From contig JBLDXI010000020.1 of NCBI GenBank assembly GCA_047495785.1, forward strand, positions 2,728,001 to 2,792,000: a stretch of DNA of 64,000 bases, written 5' to 3'. Of this stretch, positions 48,813 to 59,900 are shown one piece after another; the stretch's first letter is position 1; the number at the start of each line of letters is the position of its first letter. The notes beneath the pieces are model-generated. The model saw nothing but the letters and a program-made list of their open reading frames with translations, was not told the DNA's origin and made no database searches. Position numbers and translations under genes: made by a program. The DNA is from Lepidodermella squamata (lineage: Eukaryota > Animalia > Gastrotricha).

Positions 48813-51668
48813 ATGAGTCATCTATTTTTTCTCATTATCGCAATTCAAAATTTCAGCAATGTCCAAGGCTTGTTGAACTCATCCTCGCCCATGCCGAGCA
48901 TAATCAATGCGGAGAGATTGCCAACAGACTCTGTTAACAAAACCTCAATTTCAATCGCAGCCATCATTAATTACGGTATTAATTTGATTAAAAAATGACC
49001 TGGTAACTCATAATTGAATAGGAGGGCCTACATTCCCGTTAGGGCCCATGTGCACTGAAGGAATTAGGTTAGCCTTAGAAGCAGCTCGTAACTTGCCAGT
49101 CATGCAACGATACGACGTCTCTGTTGAAGTTTTCGACGATTTAGTAAGTCCAAAAATAAAAAATTTCTCAAAATTTCCACCTTAAAACTTCAAACAGTGT
49201 CTGAGGACTGAGGGTATAAAAAAACTTATGGACTTGCTGGAGTCTAACAATATTGATGGAATGAACCGTGTGCCTATTGTGACTGGGGCAATGTGCACGG
49301 TTCAAGCGTTATTTGGCCCTATCCTACCTCACTACAACTACGTAGGGGTAAGTTCATTCTCAAGCTACTGGTCTCTCTTTGAAGATTCCTATTATACAGG
49401 TAATCCCTGCTTCTATGATAAACGAGATTTACACCAAGCGGTCACTTCACAATTCCTATTTCGCCCTATCTCCTACAATACAAATTTACTACGACGCTCT
49501 CCCGACATTTTTGGAGAGAAACGGCTGGAGTCGGGTGTTTTTATTGACAGAAACCTATCAATACTGGACGCCTGTAAGACTTGACCTAGATTTCGAGACT
49601 TTTTAACTCTATTTTCATTCAGCTGGAAAATGCGTTGTTCGAAAGAATGGCTGAGCGGAAAATCTCTCTGGCTGGGATTTCTAAGGTGATAGGATTCACT
49701 GGTCTGGCCCCTACCATCGACGCCATTCAGCTAGCGGTCCAAGCTCTAGCAGCATTTGACCCGAGAATAGTGATTGTGAATACATCCCTAGCTCCAGTTT
49801 TGGCCTGTTTCCTATATCGATACGGGTTGTATGGCCCTAGTTTCGTTTTTTTGCTCTTCGGTCCTAGTTTCTACCTCTCCGATAGCCCTCTGCGAGATCC
49901 ATTCTGCACAGATGAAATGCTTCACGCGATTCTGAAAAGCACCATCCTCTTTCATCATGCCGGGGCCGATCTTGTCAACAGAGATGCCGTTGACTCTCTA
50001 AACTTATCCTTGACCTATTTCGATGAGGCCTTGAAATCTAAAATTGATCGCGTTGAGTCGAGTTCGAATTGGTTTTCCTGGAGAGGAGGGTGCTATGCGC
50101 AAACTGCAGCGGCAATTTTAGCTCTGAATTCCGCTGAGGTCGATCTCGAAAGTAAGGAAACATGAAAAATGAACGCCAAAACAATTCAATATTTTTTCAG
50201 GATTTGGAGACACTATACTCAACTGGGTGACCAAAAGCGAGGGATTCCGGCTAAACGGGTCTTATATCCATAACTTGATGAAGAAGAGCTTTGAGAATCT
50301 TCGTTACAAAGGATTCAATAATGAAGAGAATGATAAGGTCAACAGTTTGTATGGGGCAACGGTATTCCTGCAGCTACAACCATCTGGAATAGAGAGACCA
50401 TTAGCAGCATCGTTGAAGCTTGCTGCAATCGCAATGGTCAATGTCACTTCAGAGCCAGACGGCATCAGGTTCAAGCAAGGACCAAAATCAGCCATATGGG
50501 CGACTTACGACGGATTACCACCGTCGGATTCACTTCGTATCCTTCCAGTAAGAAGTTCAATAGTCCCAGCGTCAACCACTCTCGTGCTTAACATGATTGG
50601 ATCAACTCAGGCAGTTATAATGATTGTTTTACTTATCCTGAATCTTTGGAATCGAAAGAAGTCGAAAAGATTGCAAAACTCAATGCCTAAAATGAACGCT
50701 TACATCTTAGTTGGGAACATTTTCATTGCTCTGTTCCCAATAACGCCATCTGGCCTTGAGGACAAAGATACGCTGAGTCTATGCTTTGTTTCGGTCATCT
50801 TTCTCATCTTCGGCTTCTCATTAATGAGCTGTGCGATTCTGGCGAAGATGCAAGTAGCATACAACTTAATGGAAGAATTTCTTCGCTCAGGTGCACCTGT
50901 GTCTAACATTGTCCAGCTGAAGGCTGAAAGACCTGACTCTGAGACTACGACAAATCGAATTATCGATTCACGCATGGACCTCGAAAACACAACAGACCGA
51001 AGGCGGAAAGGCGGCGGCATGTATTCGACGAGCAGTTCGCTTGTTGTTCAATCTGTGGACGACTTCAGGAACGCCGCCTACAGATCTTACGTCGTAGCCC
51101 CGTGTTGGGCACTCCTTCAGCTCACGCTATGTTTGGTATGGTTGTTTGCAATCAAGCCGATTGAAGTTCGGCAGATCAATCGGGAATTACGCCCGTCCTC
51201 CTACGACATGAGCCTCGCCTTTCAGTATTACACGAGAGCCTGCGTTTTGAAGGCGGGGACAATTTTAGAAATAGCCTTTCTCACTGTATTCGCGTTAAGC
51301 TATCTTATCGTATTTCTGCGGTCCACCTTTCTAGCTATTTTCCTGCGAAACGTAAGTTGAGCTATAAATAGCATAATTTTTTAATGCATTAGCCTATTAA
51401 GTGCGATGTCTTCGGAATTAACGATTTGCACAACGTGAGGATAGTTTCCTACGCAACAGGGATTATCGTCTCAGCCGGGGGAGCTGTGATAGCTCTCTTC
51501 TTCTCTTACGACCCTGGGTATATTTTAACTGGCGTGGGCATCTTAGCGCAATCAGTTGTTGCGATGAATTCAGCTTTCATCTTCTACCCAAAGGTTCAGT
51601 TGATTTTCATTGTGTCACTCTTTTTGTTTTAACCTTGTATAACACAGGTGCGGCAACGTCTCTACTGA
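48813..51668 (+). CDS. Intron-containing class C (GABA-B-like) GPCR
   Basis: Signal peptide MSHLFFLIIAIQNFSNVQG; seven in-phase GT-AG introns; VFT (CLRTEGIKKL, PIVTGAMC, NGWSRVFLL, DPRIVIV), WATYDGLPPSDS stalk, 7TM (MNAYILVGNI, FGFSLMSCAILAK, FIFYPKV). Confidence 0.82.
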
Positions 51669-51936
51669 ACGATGTTAGATTTATACAAGCTAGGTATCTC
51701 ATAGCAACGACCTGGTACTGTTTATGTTCATGAGTGCAAAGGGCATTGTGGCTATAATGTCCAAAAGTCTGAAATTCCGATTAGTGTCCTATCTTTGCAG
51801 TGTCAAGAGTGCGCAGTTGATTCTTATCTTTTGCGTAGGCTTCGCTCCGCCAGAAGTTTCACTGCACAGGGATGTGCACACCATTCTGGCGGGTTCTTTA
51901 TACATACACACAAGTCAAACTGACGACTCTGGACAA

Positions 51937-53243
51937 ATGTCGATCCTGGCACAGGGAAGCAATGATACATGCACGGCGCCGTCATGCCTAACGATTCCTG
52001 AGCATCCGTTGAATGAGGAAACTGGAGGAATCGAATTCACTGACGACGAGGTCGGCTGGTTCTACTTCAGAGATGAATTCAGAATACTACAGCCATTCTG
52101 GAAGTGGACTTATCTCGCAATCGGTCGATCTGGGATTGAAAGTCCGATGTCAGTCGCTTTGCTTCCAGTTGCTTTCTATTTCGTCATGGTGTCGGTTTTC
52201 TCGGTGTTTGACTTGTTTGGGAAGAACTGGGATTGGATTCAAAAGTACAAAATTCAGCCAGGAAAGGTTGGTCTATCGTTTTTTTCAACATAATGTCATA
52301 TCTTAATATGAATCTTTATAGTATGTGGAGCCTAAAACCATCATGAAAGCTGCCAAATTGACGTTTTGGAACCACGTTTTGCTCTTCGCGCCTATTTTCT
52401 TGATGCAGTACGTTACTGGCCAACCTAAAATCGTAGCGACGCCTCTAGCTCCGACTTTTTTCGAGTTGACCACTCAGGTCTTTATTAGTAAGAATTGTTG
52501 ATAGATGTATTCCGCCTTATAACATATATTCTTTCTCAGTGATTAATCTGTTCGATTTTCAATACTTTGTTTGGTAAGCGATCATTTTCGGCCTCTCTCT
52601 TTTCGACCTCTAATCGCGTTTTCCTCACATTTAACAGGCATTCGATGCATCACAAAAACAGGAGGTTGTACAAGTGGTGCCACATTGTTCATCACGGTAA
52701 GATTCCTTGGCTAATAGTTGAGAAATACTTCAACACATTATTTTTGTTTCCTCGATCTCAGAATTTCACGTTGTGGTAAGTAAACGAAACCTCAATATTT
52801 ACATAAGCGTTTAATAATGCCCTTTTAACATTCAGAGCTCATGGTCCACCCAATACTTGCATCCCTGGGAAATTTTCTGCGTCGGTGTGTATAACGGAAC
52901 CCTGCCGGTGTTTTTCGACTCGCACTGGCTTACCACGATGGCTATGAGCTATTTCAACATTTGGATCAGTGTCATCGCTCACTGCGGCTACGATTTGCCA
53001 TTCGATTTGAGCAAAATTCTACCCTTTTACGGAGGGGCGAGCAAGCATGACATGCACCACCTGAAACCATACACCAACTATCAACCTTTCTTCTCCACTT
53101 GGGACAAACTGATGGGCAGCGAATGCCCCGGTTTCCAGGCTGGTGGTAAGAAGCCTAAAGAGCTCGTTGAATGGGAGAAGAGCCGCGAGAAAGACTTCGA
53201 ATGGTACAAGGCGATGCCGGTTCGCCGAGTTGAGGAAGATTAA
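51937..53243 (+). CDS. Cholesterol 25-hydroxylase-like / fatty-acid hydroxylase-sterol desaturase, paralog 1
   Basis: Six exons; FDFQYFVWHSMHHK, WCHIVHHEF, TQYLHPWE, AHCGYDLP, HDMHH His boxes. Confidence 0.88.
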
Positions 53244-53887
53244 ATAATAACGTCCTGAACTAGCCTTATGAAAATTCCATTGAAATGTTGTGTCAGTGTG
53301 TTGAATGTTGATGTTTTCTACTAATTTAACTTTTGAGAAGTAACTGTTTTATTCGGATCTGCTTATTCTTCCTAGTCTGAGCTAAATGACTGGCTATGAT
53401 GGCCACTCTAATTGATAGAGTGCCTAGCCATGAAATGCTCGCGACTTCCTGCTGATTATCGGCTTCAATGAACCTGGATAAGGTTGAGAAACTGATATCA
53501 TCTATATATTTCCTTGGTGTGGAATTTTAAATTCATAGTTGCGAGCTTTGTGACTGGCTTCTTTATATTTGAGCCATGAAGGTTCAACAGGTCTTTTGCC
53601 ATGTCCCTATGAAAAGCGATAAAGCTGAGGGATCAAATGCGCTCATATGACCTCGTGTACGGAGAAAAAGAATAAAACCGATGAACTAGTTTAGGACTGA
53701 CTCGTATTTTGGGTTTATTGGTTGAACGGCTATCTCACTTTTCGTCTTTGACCCAAAAATAGCGAAACAAAAGCCCCTTTTTATCTTTAATGTCTTATCG
53801 ATGACTACCCTCATATGCGCTATCTATTCTAAATAGTTCATTGCGTTAGACTTTTTGTCTAGATAATAAGAAACTGGACTAATTAGC

Positions 53888-55134
53888 ATGAATTCTAACG
53901 ATACGTGTCAGGGGGCTGAGTCTCTTTGCGTCACGCCACCTTTGGTGACGAAATATGGCCCGGCCGAGTATGACGAGAGCGAAGTTGGCTGGTTCCATTA
54001 CAAAGATGAGTTCAGGATCCTACAGCCATTTTGGAAATCGGCGTTCGTCGCCTTCGGAAGATCCGGGATAGAGAGCCCAATGTCGGTAGCTCTCATTCCT
54101 TTGGTTACGTATTTCACGGGTGTCATGTTTTTCACCCTTTGCGATTTCTACGGCCAAAATTGGCATTGGATTCAGAAGTACAAGTTACAGAACAACAGAG
54201 TGTCGGCGAAAGTTGTGATCAAGGCTATTAAACTGACCATGTGGAACCAACTGCTGCTGATTTCGCCTATCCTTATGATGCAGTATGTATTGGAACAGCC
54301 GAAAATTACGGCCTACCCGCTAGCACCGACTTTATACGAATTTGTCTTTCAAATCTCAGCAAGTAAGAGAGTTTTTGCTGTTATCTGACTTCATTTCATT
54401 TCTTTTTTTGCAAACACAGTGATTGTGCTCTTCGATTTTCAATACTACTTCTGATAAGTTTACATCCTTTAGTGGAAACCTTGATATTTCAACCATACTG
54501 TTCTCATTTTTAAGCATTATCTGCACCACAAAAATAGGCGTTTGTACAAATGGTGCCACATGGTCCATCATGGTAATGATTCTCTTCCTTTAATTTCTAA
54601 TATTTAAAATATATTTTTCAGAGTTCCACACGCCGGTGAGATATCCACGCAAGATCCTTTAGGTGTTCAATTTTTTCCTCTTTTAAGCAAGCCTGGTCTG
54701 CCCAGTACTTACATCCTTGGGAGCTACTCTGCATCGGTGTTTACAACGGCGTCCTGCCATCTCTGTTTAAATGCCATTGGTTGACAATGATTGGCATGAG
54801 CCTGTTCAACGTCTACATCAGCATTCTCGGACACTGTGGCTACGATCTACCCTGTGATTTGAACAACATGTTCCCCTGGGTAATTCCTTACCTCTACGGC
54901 GGAGCTCGTAAACACGACATGCATCACATGAAACCATTCACAAATTTTCAACCATTTTTCTCGACTTGGGACCGGCTAATGGGCGATGAATGCCCTGGAT
55001 TACTGCCCGGTCATAAAAAACCACCTGGCTTGATCGAATACGAGCAAAATCGTGAAAAGAACGCCCTTGATTGGTACAAGGATATGCCGGAAAAGCTCAT
55101 TGAAAATGATGACGAGAATTACAGCCATTTTTGA
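53888..55134 (+). CDS. Cholesterol 25-hydroxylase-like paralog 2 (requires a non-canonical AT-AA intron at 54454..54513)
   Basis: Same His boxes (WHYLHHK, HMVHH, HCGYDLP, HDMHH) and exon structure as paralog 1; frame intact apart from that one intron. Confidence 0.8.
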
Positions 55135-55432
55135 TTATGTAGCAACAACAAAACTCATAAACCAATTACGCCTTGAACCCCAAAAATGACAGGCTGTGAA
55201 ATGGTTTACTCATCCCGTAATATGTATATTTGACGAAAGAGAAATAAATGACTGCTTTGAGGCGCGTAGACACCTTTAGTCGAGAAAAGTTTCCCACGGC
55301 ATGTTAATGCGTTATATGCGGTTGCATGATTCATGAGTGTATAGGATTAAAAACTGAAAAAAACGCGGACAAAATGGGTGTCGCACTTCACTGTTAAGTG
55401 TTAAGCTTAAAAACCGGCGTTTACATTTTGAC

Positions 55433-56815
55433 ATGATTTTCAAGTTATTCCTTTTTATATCCCTAATTTTAAAATGTATTATCGGCCGAGATCAAGATAC
55501 AGGTCTGAGTTTCAGGGAAAGATAGATAATCATTCGATGTTTGTTCAATTCAGGTTGCGAAGATTTGCTTCTGGCCGGAAACTTCAGCGCCGCTGCATTG
55601 GAGTTAAATAGAGCAATCTATGAGAGAAGATGGGACGCCTTCCTTTGCATTCTAGGAACTTTCCCAATTATCGACTTTGAAATGAAGGATGTTCGAGGCA
55701 ACACGCCCCTTCTAAAAGCTGCAGCTTTAGGATTGATTGACTACGCTCATCTCCTGTTCAACAGAAGTTTGATCACTCCGAATGTAGCGGCGAGAAATTG
55801 CCGGGAGGATAGAATTACCTCGCTGCATTATGTCGCTCGCAAAGGTGATGTGGCTTTTGGGAAACTTCTCCTGGATAACAAAGCACCTGTCGACGCGAGA
55901 GATATTGGTGATCGCACTCCACTACATATTGCAGCAATGAAAAATCATTCAGAATTCGTTCAGCTTCTTCTCGATTATCGGGCGAATATTGATGCCATCG
56001 ATATCAGGCGGCGGACTGCTCTTTTTATCGCGGCTCATCGTGGTTACAGCAAAGTCGCAGAAGTCCTGGTCCAATACCGAGCCGACGCATCCAAACAAAG
56101 AGCCGAAAACGGGTATACGCCGTTAATCATTGCCAGCGAATATGGTTACCTTGAAATTGTGAAACTGCTGCTAGATCAAGGCGAGGCTGCTGTTGATGCA
56201 CAAACAACGACAGGACTGACCAGCTTGCATGTTGCCGCAAGATCTGGCCATGGAGAAGTCGTGAAATTCCTACTCGAACGTAATGCGAGCGTCATTTTGA
56301 AAGACGCACTCGGAAGAACGCCGCTACATTGGTGCGCAGAGAGCGACCAAGTGAAAATAGCAAAACTGCTACTGGAAAGTGACTTCATTAAGCTGGATGT
56401 TGAGGATAATGATAGCCTGACACCATTGCACATTTGCGCTATTCAAAACGCTGTGAGAGTTGGCGAGCTCCTGTTAGAAAAGGGCGCAAAACTGGAATGT
56501 CGTGATCGGTGGAATCAAACACCGCTGCATTACGCGGCGATTGGGAATGCTGATAACATGGCACGATTGCTATTCGAATCCGGGGCAAATGTTACTGTTC
56601 GAAGCTCGAACGGCCGAACTGCGTTACACATGGCGGCAGCTCGAAATCATACGATCATAGCTCACTTGATTCTCGCACAGGAGGGCGGTGTTGAGCTGCT
56701 AAGCGTGCAGGACAATGACGGCAAAACACCCCTAGATTTAGCTGTGACCTATGAAATGCGAAATCTGCTCAAAGCCCGACTTCTCATGGCATCTGATCCA
56801 GGATATTGCTTATGA
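55433..56815 (+). CDS. Ankyrin-repeat protein (about 10-11 repeats) with predicted signal peptide
   Basis: Exon 55433-55502 MIFKLFLFISLILKCIIGRDQDT, 51-nt GT-AG intron in phase, then repeated G.TPLH.AA..G...V..LL..GA motifs. Confidence 0.85.
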
Positions 56816-56966
56816 CTTTTTAACTGACAAATAGTGGTTGCGAAACACATTGCATTTTTATTCCGGTTATAAAAGCATACAAAAACAGTAAAATGGCGAT
56901 TTATTGGCAATTTTTATTACCAACAACAAAAGATCATGTAATGGTTGAAAAACCTACAGAAAGAAA

Positions 56967-59900
56967 TTACCGGCGACTTGTAGCGTTGCCAATCGCAACA
57001 TCCTTCAAGCCTTTTTCGTTAAGAAAAGCGCGATAGCTCTTCAAAAACGCTCCTTGCAACTCCTCGGCGCATTGGTAGAACTTAGATTCAGGTGGATTGA
57101 AACGCCGGCAGTTATCAAACATGAGTAAAATGTCGTATTTGAACTGATCGAGGCTGACATACTCGCGCTGGATGATTTTCGTGGCAATGCTGGACAAATC
57201 GATAGGGCAACGAATCACCGAGTAATAAACCGGGTACAACGTGCGGTCGACAGGCTCACGGAACGGCCACGACTTCTTATGCTTCTGCAAATTCGCCAAA
57301 ATCTGCTCGACACCGGCCCAAAAATCGTCCCGGCCCGACATCAACTGAGCTTTGACATCACTGTCATCTTTCCTACACTTCGCGCACAGCCAACTTGCGA
57401 TCCATTTAGCCTCACATTCCGCCACGAAAATACACCGCCCGTGGAACCAATCGCCGCATTTATCGCAAGAAATGTAAAACTCAGCGTCGTCATACGGCGT
57501 TCGGCAAATGCAGTACAACTCATCGCCGAATTCGTTGGTTTTCGGCTCAACAGGTGGTTCTTCGGCGGCGGATTTCGCCGGCTGCTTCTTCGCAGTCGAT
57601 TTGCGAGCGGGTTTCGACGTGCTAGGCTGCTCCACCTTAACAACAGGCGCTTCTTCGACTACAACAGGCTCTTTCGGGGTCTCTTTCGCCCGAGTTCTAG
57701 TTGGCTTGCTAGGCTGCTCAACAACAACAGGGCTAACTGGTTTCTCTTCCTCAGCCACCTTGACAACCGATTTTTTCGCGGTTCTTTTCGACGAAGTTGG
57801 AGCTGGTGCTGGCTCCGAAACTGGAACCGGGGTGTTTACGACTGGTTTCGCCTCAACACGAGGTGGGCTTTTAACTACAGGCTCCGGGGGCACTAATTTC
57901 GGTTTACAATCAACGCAAACGTAAACATCAAGCGCCTGAGCCATTTCTTCAGTCACCCCAACGCAACTGCCATGAAACCAACCTCCACAAGTTTCGCAGC
58001 CGATGTAGAACAAGGTCGGGTTGTAAACTGTTCGGCAAATGCAGTACAACTCCTGATTGGCCGTTGCTGCTTCTTGCTTCGGCGTAGCTTCAACGCTGCC
58101 ACTCAAAGTTGCGCGTAAATCGTCGAAAATATTGCCGACAGCCGGTTGTTCGGCGGCATTCGGTGTTTTCGAGCGGCGGGCCGGTCGGCTGGGTGATTCG
58201 GCGTTTCGGCGCTTTTTCGGCGCCTGGACTTCGGGCGAAACTTCAGCCAGCTTTTCAACGGTTTCCGACGGCTGATTCTTCCGCTTTTTCGCATTTCCAA
58301 CGGGTGGGACAGCCGGGGAAGCAGCTTCGACAGGAGCTTCTTTCTCGGGTTTCGCGCGTTTCTTTCGACCTTCAGATGCGGGTGGTACTGGGGCCGGAGA
58401 TAGGACATTAGTCTCCATTCTCGAGACCTCATTTTCAGGCGCCTTTTTCTTCTTGCGACCTTCACTTTGGGGGGCAGCTAAGGGTGAAGAAACTGACCCT
58501 TCCGGTTTGAGCAACGGCAATCTAGACACAGCTTTCTTAGCAGCATCGGAGGCGATTGGAGATCTGATGGGTGATGGAGTCCTTTCTCGAGCTGGAGGCT
58601 GTTTTGACGAGGGTGAAAAGCTCTTCTCGAGGGAACGACGTTTCGCGGCGATTCGTTGCCGCAACATATTCGCTTTTTCGTCTAGAACGCTCTTGTGGTT
58701 TGAAGACTGAGCGACAGGAAACGTCAACAAGGACGATGCCTGAAAGTATGAAAAAAAATCAATTTTAAATTGAGTATTCAATATTCAATCAAGAGTATTG
58801 ACTAAGTATCTTTCCCCATTCTCAGCATTTAGGGCGGAGAAATCGAACCCTTTTTCAATCTTCGTTTCGTTAAGGCGCAAAATTCATGGATTCAATTCAA
58901 TCAATTCAATCGTAAAATTATAAAATTTTGATGAACTTCTCAGCATTTCTGGTTGAGTTCGCATGACTTATGGATAAGCTTCTTATCAAGTAACAAATCG
59001 GTCAACGAGAGTGAAAAAATCCGGAGAAATTTGGTTTAAAACACAGAAAAAGATCAAAAATGACCAAATCTGTCATCATCATATTTTTGGAAATATTATT
59101 GAAAATAAATTTCAGTAAAATAGTGGAAATGGCATGGAAAAGCGATTCAAGAAACGTCTTCCTAGAATCTCAGTTTATAGTTATCATGCCTAACCGATAA
59201 TTTCCATATTACGCATATTTGCGCCATGAGCCGTCAGTTTACGAGTTATCGTTCAGTCTACAGAGCCCAAATCGATTTTGAGAATCAGTGATTTCAGTGA
59301 AATCCAACATTAACTCCAACATAGCTCAGGGCACAATGCAGCCAAAATAAAAACCAGGTTCAGAGGGCATGAATATCGATCAAGAAACGAAAAATTCGCA
59401 AATAATCAACAATATTTAGTTCCGGGACTTTTAATTTCAGTGCTGGAACCTCAAGTGTTGTAAATATTTAGATCCATCCCAAAAATCGTTTATTAGGTAT
59501 GTTGCTTACCTTGGGTGACATGAAAATCTGGTCATTCGAAACTTGTTTCGACATCGGCGGCGGGGGTGGCTGGGCCTTGCCGCCTCGAGACGGCGTCGGC
59601 GGAGCATCCCTCGGTTCCAACGTCACCAACTGAAACGACCCATCAGGCGGCAGAAGCAAGTACTGGTCAGAAAACAGGCCCTTCACCTTGAACTGGCCAT
59701 TCGACAACTGCGTAATCTTCACCTCCTGATCCTTCACCGGCTCGTTCGGATTTTTCGACGGCGACGGAATCTGCATAACAGCGTCTTTCGGCTTCTTCAC
59801 CGGCGAATCGACCAGCTCATCGTCGTTGCAAACAACCGGCTGCGGCTGGCAGAGCAGGGCCAGCGATGTTTTCGACAAATGTTCGTGGAAATACCGAACC

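Noticed and set aside
54452-54454. TGA at a conserved Trp position, suggesting an alternative genetic code or selenocysteine
   Set aside because: TGA ends several genes in this window and TGG encodes Trp elsewhere; the paralog shows an intron at exactly this position.
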